A stretch of DNA of 64,000 bases, from assembly GCA_003707115.1 (NCBI GenBank), contig PPNB01000010.1, forward strand, positions 186,001-250,000. The letters run 5' to 3'. Every line of letters begins with the position of its first letter. Position 1 is the first letter of the stretch. A program made the translations under genes and the position numbers. Positions 22,297 through 33,232 of this stretch are shown here, piece after piece. The stretch is from Tortispora ganteri (lineage: Eukaryota). The notes under the pieces were generated by a model. The model ran no database searches, was not told the origin of the DNA, and worked only from the letters and a program-made list of their open reading frames with translations.

Positions 22297-25233
22297 ATGT
22301 CCTCGCGGCTGGCACAGCTGCAATCTGATCCGACATGCATAAGGAACATATGTATACTTGCCCATGTAGATCACGGCAAAACATCTTTGTCCGATAGTCT
22401 AGTGGCTACAAATGGCATTATATCGCAGAAGCTCGCAGGAAAAGTCCGGTACCTCGACTCACGTGAGGACGAGCAAGCAAGAGGCATTACTATGGAGTCC
22501 AGTGCTATTGCGCTGCACTTCCAGATCAAACGCAAGTCTTCAGAGGATGATCCAGGCACGTTGAGCGAGTACATAATAAATCTGGTCGACTCTCCTGGCC
22601 ATGTAGACTTCTCCAGCGAAGTGTCCACCGCTTCACGCCTATGTGATGGTGCTCTAATCCTTGTAGACGTCATAGAGGGCGTTTGCTCTCAAACAATTGC
22701 TGTCCTTAGAGAGGCTTACTACGAAAAAATACAACCGATCCTAGTCCTTAACAAACTTGACCGCCTAATCACCGAACTTCAAATGACACCGCAAGAGGCT
22801 TACGTGCACCTCACTAAAGTCCTTGAACAAGTAAATGCTGTTATTGGTTCATTCTTTACAAGCGACAGAATGAAGCTTGATGAACTCTCTTTGGATGAAG
22901 CAGCCGCCACTGCTGACGACGCAGACCTCTATTTCTCCCCAGAGAAAGGTAATGTCATATTCGCATGCGCCACAGACGGCTGGGCTTTCACGATCGCCCA
23001 TTTCGCTATCATATACGAAAAACGCATGGGAATGAAACGTGAAACGCTTATGAAAGTACTATGGGGCGACTATTATATGGACCCAAAAACTAAGAGGGTC
23101 CTGCCGGGATCAAAATTGCCTGCAAAAAAGAAACTCTCCCCTCTTTTTGTTTCGTTCATTCTCGACAACATATGGGCAGTATACAAGGCTACATATATCA
23201 ACAGAAACGATGATACTATACATAAAATCATCTCTACTCTGAATTTAAGAGTCCTCCCTAGAGAATTGAGGACCTCAGACAATAAGGCCTTGTTAAACGT
23301 TATGATGAGCAGATGGCTACCTTTAGCTAGCTGCGTATTGCTCTCAGTGGCCGATAAAATTGAATCACCAGCACAAGCGCAGAACAGACGTCTCTCTTAT
23401 TTTCTAGAATCTGTTACTGAGGCATCTAAGATACCGTTGGATACAAGAACTGCTATCGAGAAATGCGATAGAACTGGACCTGTCGTCAGCTATATTTCAA
23501 AAGTCCTTACAATTCCCGAATCTGCGTTTGACAATCTAAAACCAGCAGGGGGTTCACGTGAAAATCAAACATCGGACTACACGAAGGACAGAGAATTGGC
23601 CGACAAGGCGCGTCGCGAAGCAGAAGGTATACCGGACACCCAAACAGATCAGGACTCTTCTGATGATCGCCCTGATCGCGTACTTGGCCTGACGCGTACG
23701 TATTCAGGAACGCTCACTGTTGGCCAAACTGTTAATATTCTAGGTCCTAAGTACAGCATTGATAACCCTTCGCAGCACTGTGATACTACGACCATCACAG
23801 GACTATATATCCTTATGGGTCGTGACCTAGTCCCTATACAGGAATGCCCTGCCGGAAATATTGTAGCAGTCGAAGGTATAGGAGAAAAAGTTTTAAAGAC
23901 AGCTACTATGACGTCCGTAAAGGATTTCCCTAGTTTGTCGAGCCAGGCATCGAACTCGCCGCCTATTGTCAGGGTCGCCATTGAACCTCTGAATCCTAGT
24001 GATATGGCAAAATTTGAAAAAGGGCTTGAACTTTTGAACATTTCAGACCCTTGTGTTCAAGTAAGTATTCAACATACAGGAGAACATATTCTTGCAACCG
24101 CTGGTGAACTTCACTTGGAAAGATGCTTGAATGACTTGCGCGAGCGATTTGCTAAAGTAGATGTATCAGTATCAGCACCTATGGTACCTTATCGTGAGAC
24201 TATTATTAGCTCCAATGATATGGCGCCGCCAAATAATGGTGTTCGTGGCGAAACACGAGTCCAAATTGGCAAGTATAGGATCAAATTGCGCACGCAGCCC
24301 TTACAGAGAGAACTTACAGAGTATCTTATAAAGAGGGGAAGCATGTTAGGAAGACTTTATACTGGTAAAGAGAACGATGAGGAAGAAGAAAGCGAAATTG
24401 TTGTTGGAAACGAGCACATGAACATGAACTTGGAATCATTTAAACTGGAAATGGAGAAAATCTCACAGAGTTTGCGGAATCCTATAAATATCAATACTGT
24501 TTTGGCTGTTGGGCCTCGTCATAGAGGAGCTAATTTATTAATCGGCGCATGCGAAACAGGAATCGAGAATATTTTTGGCGGAAAAGACGAAAATACAAAA
24601 ATTCCAGCATATATCAGCGACTCTATTATCAACGGATTTCAGTTAGCGACATCTCAAGGTCCATTGTGTGCAGAGCCGTTGCAGGGCGTACTATGTACAG
24701 TGATAGATATCAGCGAAGATGGAGAAGAGGAGTTAACCGGTAGTTCAGACCGACGAGGAATTACTATCATTAGCAATTCGATCAAAGCTGGATTTATGGA
24801 TTGGTCGCCGCGAATCATGTTAGCGACATATTCATGTGAGATTCAAACCAGCGCTGAAATGCTTGGACGTGTATACCAGGTACTCACACGGCGCAAGGGA
24901 AAAGTGATTTCTGAAGAAATGAAGGACGGGACTTCGGTGTTCTTAGTAAAAGCCGATATACCAGTTGTGGAAGCATTTGGATTTGCAGATGAAATACGCA
25001 AACGGACATCAGGCGCTGCCCAACCTCAGCTGGTTTTTCGAGGATTTGAAATCTATGATCAAGATCCGTTCTGGGTGCCTACTACTGAGGAGGAACTGGA
25101 AGATTACGGAGAAATCATGGACAAGGAAAATGTTGCTAAGAAGTACATCGACAATGTCAGAAGAAGAAAAGGTTTGCGAGTTCAAGAGTTAGTTGTTGCT
25201 AATTCGGAAAAGCAGCGCACACTACGGCATTAG
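22297..25233 (+). CDS. RIA1: EF-2-like ribosome maturation GTPase Ria1/Efl1
   Basis: IRNICILAHVDHGKTSLSD, RGITMESS, DSPGHVDF, DPFWVPTTEEELED, terminal EKQRTL. Confidence 0.95.
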   Translation: MSSRLAQLQSDPTCIRNICILAHVDHGKTSLSDSLVATNGIISQKLAGKVRYLDSREDEQARGITMESSAIALHFQIKRKSSEDDPGTLSEYIINLVDSPGHVDFSSEVSTASRLCDGALILVDVIEGVCSQTIAVLREAYYEKIQPILVLNKLDRLITELQMTPQEAYVHLTKVLEQVNAVIGSFFTSDRMKLDELSLDEAAATADDADLYFSPEKGNVIFACATDGWAFTIAHFAIIYEKRMGMKRETLMKVLWGDYYMDPKTKRVLPGSKLPAKKKLSPLFVSFILDNIWAVYKATYINRNDDTIHKIISTLNLRVLPRELRTSDNKALLNVMMSRWLPLASCVLLSVADKIESPAQAQNRRLSYFLESVTEASKIPLDTRTAIEKCDRTGPVVSYISKVLTIPESAFDNLKPAGGSRENQTSDYTKDRELADKARREAEGIPDTQTDQDSSDDRPDRVLGLTRTYSGTLTVGQTVNILGPKYSIDNPSQHCDTTTITGLYILMGRDLVPIQECPAGNIVAVEGIGEKVLKTATMTSVKDFPSLSSQASNSPPIVRVAIEPLNPSDMAKFEKGLELLNISDPCVQVSIQHTGEHILATAGELHLERCLNDLRERFAKVDVSVSAPMVPYRETIISSNDMAPPNNGVRGETRVQIGKYRIKLRTQPLQRELTEYLIKRGSMLGRLYTGKENDEEEESEIVVGNEHMNMNLESFKLEMEKISQSLRNPININTVLAVGPRHRGANLLIGACETGIENIFGGKDENTKIPAYISDSIINGFQLATSQGPLCAEPLQGVLCTVIDISEDGEEELTGSSDRRGITIISNSIKAGFMDWSPRIMLATYSCEIQTSAEMLGRVYQVLTRRKGKVISEEMKDGTSVFLVKADIPVVEAFGFADEIRKRTSGAAQPQLVFRGFEIYDQDPFWVPTTEEELEDYGEIMDKENVAKKYIDNVRRRKGLRVQELVVANSEKQRTLRH

Positions 25234-25259
25234 TAGTATAATGAAGAAAGATCATGTCA

Positions 25260-26273
25260 TTAAGAAGTCTCAGTAGACCCGTTATCAGATTGCGTATTTA
25301 CAGGCGAGGATTCAGCGCGAGAGAATACAGAGGAGTTCTCAGAAAAAGGAGCACCTGAATTCATAGCTTCCGTAATCTCTTCGAGCCCGGGAGCAGAGTT
25401 GGGGTCATTCGGCGAAAGGGCACCGACCAAGTCTCTGACGACTGAGCGGTATTCGTTAGGCACAGACGACGTAAACAATTGCTCACTGTCTCTTTGCGCA
25501 GTGAGGTCCTTCAGCGAGAATGAGGTAGGAACAACAAATTTTGAGACATGTTCATGCCCTTGCTCGTCGGCAAACACTGATTGCACAGTCTTTTCCAGTT
25601 GCTCAGCAGTCGTGATATAGGATTCGGAGGCATGATATAGACTAAGGATATACTGCGCGCGTTCTTCAGCTGCTTGCGTCTTGGCCTTTAACCTATTTTG
25701 GCGTTTGAGTTCAACAAGCGCTTTGCGTTCCTCAGGTGTGCGTTCGACGATAGCAGGGTCTGTCAGAAACTTTTCAATAGTAGGTAGAGTAAGCTCACCA
25801 GGAGTTAGCTCTGCAGCGCCTGCTTTGCGTAGGTTGAACTCGGCACGCCGTGTTTCAACTTCTTGCTTATACGCTTTTTGTTTTGCTCTTAGTTTCTCTA
25901 ATCGCAAAGCAGAAGCCTTATCGTAGGAAGTTATGTACTTTTTGAGCGTTTCTCGTCGGAATGCGCTCATCTTTTCACGATACTGCGCTTGTGCAGACTT
26001 CGGTTCGCCGCTGCGAGGTTTCGGATCGGTGATAGTCTTTGCCAGAAAGTCTGCAGCAGTCGGCAGAACCCTTTTGGCAATATATCTATTCGAGCCCTTC
26101 GGTGTAGGTATACCTTTGGCATACCCGGACTTCAAGGGCTTGCCCTGTTCAAAGGCCTGTAGTTCGGCCTTCTTCAGTTCTTCGACCGTAGGCGGTAGCT
26201 TAGATCCAGCGATCCTTATTCTAGGATTCCTGACTTTTGGCAACACTCCACTTGCGCGTACTTTGAGTGTCAT
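25260..26273 (-). CDS. PET123: Mitochondrial small ribosomal subunit protein mS26
   Basis: SGVLP, GYAKGIPTPKGSNR, LTLPT, RTPEE, LSLYHASESYITTAEQL resemble Pet123 blocks as I recall them. Confidence 0.75.
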   Translation of the reverse strand: MTLKVRASGVLPKVRNPRIRIAGSKLPPTVEELKKAELQAFEQGKPLKSGYAKGIPTPKGSNRYIAKRVLPTAADFLAKTITDPKPRSGEPKSAQAQYREKMSAFRRETLKKYITSYDKASALRLEKLRAKQKAYKQEVETRRAEFNLRKAGAAELTPGELTLPTIEKFLTDPAIVERTPEERKALVELKRQNRLKAKTQAAEERAQYILSLYHASESYITTAEQLEKTVQSVFADEQGHEHVSKFVVPTSFSLKDLTAQRDSEQLFTSSVPNEYRSVVRDLVGALSPNDPNSAPGLEEITEAMNSGAPFSENSSVFSRAESSPVNTQSDNGSTETS

Positions 26274-26828
26274 TTTGGGGTTTGTTTCGAAGTGGTTTTG
26301 GTGCAGTCTTTCTAAGTTAAACGTTTTGCAATCCCGGTTTTTTTCTCATTCTGTGTATGCAGGGTCAAGGGTTTATATGAGGATCTGTTAAGGTGTGTGT
26401 ATGACTGCCTCTACAATAAACGTAGCAGTGACCATTATCGATGGCGGTCTCTATTGAAAATACCTGATTAAACGCGTTCAGACGGTATATGACCAAACAA
26501 AAAAGAAAGGCATATCATCTAAGCTGCTTAGAGAAGCAGATTGTGTAGTCTGAAGGACGCTGTTATTAGGATAGGAAAAAAAACCGTTTGATATAGGAAA
26601 CCTTAAGGGGGTTGTACTTTTTGAATACTACGTTGACGAAATTACCAAGTATGGCAAGTTAGCGGGGATAGAGTTTACAAAGTTAGTGTTAAGGCAATAA
26701 AAAGGTGCTAAAATTGCCATTGAACCTAAGGAAGGAGACAAGACATCAGGAAAAAAAAAAAAATATAAATAAAGTCTTTTTCTTCTATTTCTCGATCACT
26801 TAATAATTTGCCTTCGAAACAATTGATT

Positions 26829-28535
26829 ATGCTAAAAGGGATTAGACAACTAACAGCATTGCCTGCAAAAAGGTATCTCTCTACTGCCAATCTTGCCAAT
26901 TTTAAGATCCCCGTTGTAGAGAATGAGCCAAACCTCAACTACGCGCCTGGATCTCCAGACAACAAAAAACTAGTTGCTGCAGTACAAGATCTCGCTGAAC
27001 AGTTTCCTCTCCAAGTGCCTCTCGTAATTGGAGGCTCTAAGACTACTACCGCCAACAAGATTTCTCAGCGCAACCCAGCCAACCACAAGGTGATCGTCGG
27101 CTCCTCTGCTTCTGCTGATGCCTCTCATGTCGCACAGGCCATCGACGCTAGTCTGAAGGCCAAAAACGAATGGGCTAACATGCCCTTCCACGAACGCGCC
27201 GCTATATTCTTAAAGGCTGCCGATCTCATTGCTAATAAGTACCGCTTCAAAATCATGGCCGCCACCATCCTTGGCCAGGGTAAGAACGCTTTCCAAGCTG
27301 AAATCGACGCTGCCGCTGAGCTCGTAGATTTCCTTAAGTTCAATGTCGCTTACGCAGAAGAGCTTTACAGCCAACAACCCGCAAAATCCTCCCCCGGTAT
27401 ATGGAACCGCGCAGAGTACCGCCCTCTCGAAGGCTTCGTCTACGCCGTCACTCCTTTCAACTTCACCGCCATCGCCGGAAACCTGACTGTCGCGCCTGCA
27501 TTGATGGGCAATGTCGTCGTATGGAAACCTTCTCAATTTGCTATCATTAGTAATTACGTATTCATGGAAATTCTCGAAGAAGCCGGCCTCCCTGCCGGCG
27601 TTATCAACTTCGTCCCCGGCGACGCTGTCACTGTCACCAAAGAAGTCTTGAACCACCCAGAGTTTGCCTCTCTCCACTACACTGGCTCCACTGCGGTGTT
27701 CAAGTCTCTCTACAAGCAGATCGCAGCCAACCTTGATATTTACAAGTCGTATCCCCGCATTGTTGGCGAAACCGGCGGAAAAAATTTCCATCTCATTCAC
27801 AACTCTGCTGACATCGCTTCCGCCGCACGCAACACTATCCGTGGAGCTTTCGAGTTCCAGGGCCAGAAATGCTCTGCTGCTTCCCGCGTCTATGTTCCCA
27901 AATCTATTGCTGATGACTTCATTTCTATTCTGAAAACCGAAGCTGATCTCCTACCTTCCACTTCCACTCTCTCTGCTGGGATCGCTCCTTCTGCACAAGA
28001 GAGCGTTGATAACTTCACCGGCCCTGTCATTCACGAAGCTTCTTTCGAAAAGCTCGACGCTGTCATAAAGAAAGCCAAGAAGACGGCTGGAGTTGAAGTC
28101 ATCGCTGGAGGCCACACCGATAATTCCGTTGGCTACTACATCCAACCTACCATCCTCAAGGTATCTGACCCCAAAAGCGAGATCCTCACCAACGAATTCT
28201 TTGGTCCTATTCTTGGCCTCTATGTATATGATGATGCTGACTACGAGGCCACTATTCGCTTGATCGACGAAGGTTCTTATGGACTTACCGGCGCCGTGTT
28301 CGCCCAGGATCGACAAGCTGTTCAGATCGCTTTTGAAGGACTGAGAAACACGGCCGGTAACTTTTACATTAATGACAAATGTACTGGTGCCGTTGTTGGC
28401 CAGCAATGGTTTGGTGGTGCCAGACTCTCTGGTACTAATGACAAGGCTGGATCGGGTCAGATACTGAACCGATTTGTGTCTATTCGCAACATCAAGGAGA
28501 ATTTCCGTGCTTGCGATCGGGTACAGTATTATTGA
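26829..28535 (+). CDS. PUT2: Delta-1-pyrroline-5-carboxylate dehydrogenase
   Basis: EYRPLEGFVYAVTPFNFTAI, GETGGKNFH, AFEFQGQKCSA, GTNDKAG. First ATG at 26829 (the ORF track starts at an upstream TTG). Confidence 0.95.
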   Translation: MLKGIRQLTALPAKRYLSTANLANFKIPVVENEPNLNYAPGSPDNKKLVAAVQDLAEQFPLQVPLVIGGSKTTTANKISQRNPANHKVIVGSSASADASHVAQAIDASLKAKNEWANMPFHERAAIFLKAADLIANKYRFKIMAATILGQGKNAFQAEIDAAAELVDFLKFNVAYAEELYSQQPAKSSPGIWNRAEYRPLEGFVYAVTPFNFTAIAGNLTVAPALMGNVVVWKPSQFAIISNYVFMEILEEAGLPAGVINFVPGDAVTVTKEVLNHPEFASLHYTGSTAVFKSLYKQIAANLDIYKSYPRIVGETGGKNFHLIHNSADIASAARNTIRGAFEFQGQKCSAASRVYVPKSIADDFISILKTEADLLPSTSTLSAGIAPSAQESVDNFTGPVIHEASFEKLDAVIKKAKKTAGVEVIAGGHTDNSVGYYIQPTILKVSDPKSEILTNEFFGPILGLYVYDDADYEATIRLIDEGSYGLTGAVFAQDRQAVQIAFEGLRNTAGNFYINDKCTGAVVGQQWFGGARLSGTNDKAGSGQILNRFVSIRNIKENFRACDRVQYY

Positions 28536-28732
28536 TTGTTACTATCCAATATCTAAAGCTTTAGGTACATTCGCAATGTGCTAGATCTTACTGCTCTTCA
28601 ACCTTCTTAAAATCTCAGCTATAGAATTTCTTAATTATAATAAGACTATAATACCTAATCTACCATATTTTTCTTATTAATTTACCGCAGTAGTAAGACA
28701 ACCGTTAAATAATAAGTGTAGCTCGACCAATG

Positions 28733-28740
28733 CCGGGTAA
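28733..28740. promoter_or_regulatory. Reb1-type site CCGGGTAA upstream of the prolidase gene
   Basis: Exact consensus about 60 bp upstream of the ATG. Confidence 0.45.
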
Positions 28741-28797
28741 CACATCATTTTAATGTAGCAGTTAATAAATCCTGTCGGCCAAAGTGCAACCTAGATC

Positions 28798-30162
28798 ATG
28801 ACTATACCTCCTAAGTACCCCGCAAAGCAGCATGCTCTCAAGGTGAAAGCTTTGCTTGGATTGTCTGAGGGACTACTGTACATAGAAAGTGAGAAAACAG
28901 TATATTTTCCAAATTGCGATCAAACGAGACCTTTCAGACAAAACCGAAGCTTCTATTACCTGACTGGCTGTGATCTTCCAGACTGCTACGTCACGTTCGA
29001 TCTCGGTAAAGAAAAGCTCGTATTGTATTTACCTCCTATCGATGAAGACGATGTAATGTGGAGCGGTATGCCACTATTACCGGAAGAAGCCATGAAGAAG
29101 TACGACATTGATAGTTGTGTATACGAGTCAGACCTGGAATCTGTTCTCTCATCTGCTGCCACTATACACGTGATGGAACAAAACAAGCGACCTTTGCCTA
29201 AAACTGTCAATGCGAAGTTTTTGCTTGACGCAATAGATGAAGCAAGAGCTACAAAGGATGAATACGAAATTGCAGAGTTGCGCAAAGCTGCTGAGATCTC
29301 AGACCATGCTCATCTCCAAGTAATGATGAACCGCAAAATCGAGACCAACGAGTGCCATGTTCACGCAGAATTCGTATACCATTGCATGAGATCAGGATCA
29401 AAACATCAAGCCTATGATCCTATTTGCTGTGCAGGAACTTCTGCATCAACTCTTCATTACGTCAGGAACGATCAACCAATGCTTGGAAATGATCAGTTGC
29501 TGTTCTTGATAGACGCAGGTGCAGAATGGAACAACTATGGTTCAGATGTCACCAGATGTTTCCCAATCGGAGGAGAATGGACTAAAGAGTCTCTAGAGGT
29601 ATATACACTAGTGCAGAAAATGCAAGCTGAGACAATGAAGCTTGTACGTCCCGGCGTACACTGGGAAGATCTACATTTGCTCTCGCATAAGATCTTAGTA
29701 CAGCGATTTTTAGAGCTTGGAATTTTCAAAGACCCTGAGGGTAAACCTGTATCTGATGCTCTTGTGCAAGAAGTGCTTGATTCTCGGGTATCGGTGGCTT
29801 TTTACCCACACGGCCTAGGCCATATGTTAGGCATGAACACGCACGATACGGCCGGTAGGGCTAATTATGAGGATCCTGATATTATGTTCAGGTATCTCCG
29901 TATTAGACGGACTCTAGAGGAAGGGTTCTATGTTACAGTAGAACCCGGTTGCTATTTTAACAAGTTCCTAATTGAAGATGCTCTCAAGAAACCAGAACAA
30001 GCTAAGTATATCGATCAAGTTGTTCTAGAGAGATACTGGAAAGTTGGAGGAGTGAGAATTGAGGACGACGTGCTTGTTACTGCTGATGGATATGAAAACT
30101 TCACGAAGATTACAAGTGATCCTGAAGAAATCTCTAAAATTGTTAAAGCAAGTCTAGCCTAG
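28798..30162 (+). CDS. Xaa-Pro dipeptidase/aminopeptidase P (M24B, YFR006W-like)
   Basis: KYPAKQHA, FRQNRSFYYLTG, LIDAGAEW...SDVTR, PHGLGHMLG..THD, TVEPG, GGVRIEDD. Confidence 0.92.
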   Translation: MTIPPKYPAKQHALKVKALLGLSEGLLYIESEKTVYFPNCDQTRPFRQNRSFYYLTGCDLPDCYVTFDLGKEKLVLYLPPIDEDDVMWSGMPLLPEEAMKKYDIDSCVYESDLESVLSSAATIHVMEQNKRPLPKTVNAKFLLDAIDEARATKDEYEIAELRKAAEISDHAHLQVMMNRKIETNECHVHAEFVYHCMRSGSKHQAYDPICCAGTSASTLHYVRNDQPMLGNDQLLFLIDAGAEWNNYGSDVTRCFPIGGEWTKESLEVYTLVQKMQAETMKLVRPGVHWEDLHLLSHKILVQRFLELGIFKDPEGKPVSDALVQEVLDSRVSVAFYPHGLGHMLGMNTHDTAGRANYEDPDIMFRYLRIRRTLEEGFYVTVEPGCYFNKFLIEDALKKPEQAKYIDQVVLERYWKVGGVRIEDDVLVTADGYENFTKITSDPEEISKIVKASLA

Positions 30163-30200
30163 CTTATTTTTAATTTTCAATGCACATTGTTATTTTTCAG

Positions 30201-32369
30201 TTACACATCTAACCCGATGTTCGCACGCCTTGCTGGAGTGATGAGTTGTTTTGGTACAAGTCGATTATTTCCGCCCTCTACTGCTAATAATGCATCGTCA
30301 ATAGAGGCAAAAAAGGCAGGCCCATCTTCGTCATTATAAGTGACCAAATCAGTTATGCCAGACGCGTTCCATTGCTCTCTAATTTGAGCAACTGTAGGCA
30401 TACGTGAAAAGAACACGTATACATCTCTTTTCCTGTAGGATTCAACTATCTGATACATCGTTAAAACCGCGCTTGCGTCACATTCGGTCATTCCCTTCAA
30501 ATCTATAATGATATTACGATTCATCGAATCTGATCTCGTTGGAGGGTGAGAAGGGTGTACTCGCATAGAACCGTAAAGTTCAAGTCGATGCAAACGTCCC
30601 TTTAACTGACCTGCATTGGCAAATGTGAGCGGTTCTGGTATTTTTACTATCAGGCATCCTTCAATTTCGTGAACATCGTCGTCGTCTGCAAGAGAATCTG
30701 CATTTTCGTAATAAGATGACCCACCGCGACGAGCCAGAATCTGAATACGGGGCTGTGTAGAGTGTTTAAGCACTCTTAGAAGCGAATAAGAGACTCCTAA
30801 AGTGACGCCAACATTCAAAGACCAGAATACTGTAGCTAAGAATGTAAGGAAGAGTAGAGCGAGATCTTGATACCCGCCAATTTTGTAATAGAACCAAATG
30901 TCATGAGGTGCTTCTTCAAGTAGGGACAGTGCTACTACAGAAATAGTTGCCGAAAGAACACATTGTGGGATATGGTTAAAAAGTGGAACAAGGAACGCAA
31001 TAGAAATTATGGAAACCGCAGATAGCACCAATCCTGAGACCTGCGTGCATGCACCACTTAAGGCATTGATCTTAGACCTGCCGTATCCGCCAAAACTCGG
31101 CAAAGCTCCAAACAGAGAACAACCAAAATTGGCTACACCAAGAGCAACAAGCTCACGGTTAGTAGATACACTTTGATCGTACTTAGAACCCATTCCCTTT
31201 GCGGCAACTGTTGTTTCACAAAAGCCCAAGATTGTAATTAGTAGAGCAGTCGTAAAAACTTTTTTGACAATTTCATAAGTGGCAATGCGAAAAGGGATGT
31301 AAAGTGAAGGCATCCTAGACACGAACAAACCAAGTGTATGCACACCCTTTTCAGCCCAGTCAAGCTTCGCAGACAGCGTGGTAAACAAGACAACAACCAA
31401 AAATATGTCTGGCACGTACACAACCCACCTATGACGGTCTTGAAATTTGAATTTGAAGGCACGAATTACCTTAATTATGGTAAATGCAGATACGGATATG
31501 ATCAAAGTGAGTCTGTGAGTTTCCGATAAATGGTTGCAGACAAAGAGGAACTTTTTTATCGGTGAGTAGTGTCCAGCGTCAAAATCAGCAGCGACGTTTG
31601 CCAACCCAAGTTCTTCAAGCAACTGATCTACTAATATAGTGATACCTACACCAGATATAAATCCACAAAGCAAAGACTGCGAAAACACAGAGTCGAGATA
31701 GCCAAGGCGGAATATGCCAGAGATGAGTAGGAGAGAGCCACATATAGCGGATATAACAGAGACGATCAGAGGCAGAGGAACGTCAGAAAGAAACTGGTCT
31801 AGTGCACTTGCATCTGACTTTTTGTGATCTGAGAAGCTTTTTACCACTTCACCGACGAGAAGTGAGAGTGCCGGCTCGGGGCCTACAACAAGTTGAGGTA
31901 CAGTTCCAAGAAAGAAGTAGATCAAAGGCGCCACTGCAAAGCCATAGAGGCCACAGTTCGGTCCTACTTTAGCTAAACTGGTGGCATACGAGAGTGACAA
32001 AGGTATTTGAAATGAAGCTATAGTTATACCGGCAATGAGGTCGCCAGAGAACTGCTGCACAGTGTAGAGAGGCAGCCAGGCGAGGAAAGGTATGTAGTAG
32101 CTCCAGTACGCATGCGAGGATTTAGGACGGACTATCTGATTAGCTAGCGACTGATGAGATGGTCTTCGCGTATACCTGGGGACAGACGAAGAGCGGGAAA
32201 AAGATCTGGAAGGCGAGAAGTTCCGTCGAGTGGCAGGATCATAGAGCTGCGTAGATGAGTTAATAGGGGATCTCAAACCACTGTTTAGGGATGTGGACCC
32301 GTAGTCCAGTAGCGATGAAGAACCCAAATTTGATACTTCATTGTCTCTTAAATGACCTGTAGAAGTCAT
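30201..32369 (-). CDS. SulP/SLC26 anion transporter with STAS domain (YPR003C-like)
   Basis: GDLIAGITIASFQIP, VVGPE, NRELVALG, FGGYGRSKIN, KIPEPLTFAN, STAS motif IIIDLKGM. Confidence 0.9.
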   Translation of the reverse strand: MTSTGHLRDNEVSNLGSSSLLDYGSTSLNSGLRSPINSSTQLYDPATRRNFSPSRSFSRSSSVPRYTRRPSHQSLANQIVRPKSSHAYWSYYIPFLAWLPLYTVQQFSGDLIAGITIASFQIPLSLSYATSLAKVGPNCGLYGFAVAPLIYFFLGTVPQLVVGPEPALSLLVGEVVKSFSDHKKSDASALDQFLSDVPLPLIVSVISAICGSLLLISGIFRLGYLDSVFSQSLLCGFISGVGITILVDQLLEELGLANVAADFDAGHYSPIKKFLFVCNHLSETHRLTLIISVSAFTIIKVIRAFKFKFQDRHRWVVYVPDIFLVVVLFTTLSAKLDWAEKGVHTLGLFVSRMPSLYIPFRIATYEIVKKVFTTALLITILGFCETTVAAKGMGSKYDQSVSTNRELVALGVANFGCSLFGALPSFGGYGRSKINALSGACTQVSGLVLSAVSIISIAFLVPLFNHIPQCVLSATISVVALSLLEEAPHDIWFYYKIGGYQDLALLFLTFLATVFWSLNVGVTLGVSYSLLRVLKHSTQPRIQILARRGGSSYYENADSLADDDDVHEIEGCLIVKIPEPLTFANAGQLKGRLHRLELYGSMRVHPSHPPTRSDSMNRNIIIDLKGMTECDASAVLTMYQIVESYRKRDVYVFFSRMPTVAQIREQWNASGITDLVTYNDEDGPAFFASIDDALLAVEGGNNRLVPKQLITPARRANIGLDV

Positions 32370-32596
32370 TGCAGAGAGAATTCCTAACAGCGTAAAGAGG
32401 AAGGCAGAGAGAAGGGCGAAAGAAGGGTCTGTTGTTATTACGAAACTGATTCAGTGCCCGTGTTCTTTGCATAGGGTGGATCTAAACCTTATTTATTACC
32501 TATCATAGTTACGGAAACAACACTGAACATCCATCAATATCTTGTCAGTTTTTGTGCCTTTACTATCGACTGTCGTCTTTATTTCCTGACTACAAC

Positions 32597-33127
32597 ATGA
32601 CTGCAGAATCAGGACTACCAACTAACTGGGAAGTGAGGTTTTCACGATCAAGAAAACTGCCTTATTATTTCAACTCAGAGACGCAAGAGAGTCAATGGGT
32701 ACCGCCAGCGAACACAGACGGCGAAAAACTGAAGCAGTACATGGCCGAGAAGTACCCGCCAGAAACTAGCACGGTAGCTTCAGGCAGGTCAGAGAAGGTA
32801 CGTGCATCGCACTTACTAGTGAAACACAATCAGTCGCGGAGACCCTCAAGTTGGAAACAGGCAGAAATAGTACGGACTAAGGAAGAAGCTCGAGAACTCT
32901 TACAGGAATATAGAGATAGAATAGTCGCCGGCGAAATTTCCTTTGCTGAACTTGCATCTACCGAAAGCGACTGCTCGTCTGCTCGAAAAGGCGGTGACCT
33001 CGGTTTCTTTGGCCACGGTGAGATGCAGAAATCCTTCGAAGACGCTACATTCGCCTTGCAAGTCGGTGAACTCAGTCCTATCATTGAGAGCGACTCCGGG
33101 CTGCACATTATTCTTCGAACAGCCTAG
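32597..33127 (+). CDS. ESS1: Parvulin peptidyl-prolyl isomerase Ess1/Pin1
   Basis: WW domain ([11 protein letters not shown]...YYFN...SQW) and [10 protein letters not shown]...SRRPSSW, SDCSS, GGDLG. ATG at 32597. Confidence 0.95.
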   Translation: MTAESGLPTNWEVRFSRSRKLPYYFNSETQESQWVPPANTDGEKLKQYMAEKYPPETSTVASGRSEKVRASHLLVKHNQSRRPSSWKQAEIVRTKEEARELLQEYRDRIVAGEISFAELASTESDCSSARKGGDLGFFGHGEMQKSFEDATFALQVGELSPIIESDSGLHIILRTA

Positions 33128-33232
33128 CATAAATTTGCCTGCATCACAAATTTCTACAATTAGATTTTATATAATAACAGTAAATAATAGTCAGTATTCT
33201 TTTTCGAAGTTGTATTAACTCTAGATCTATGT

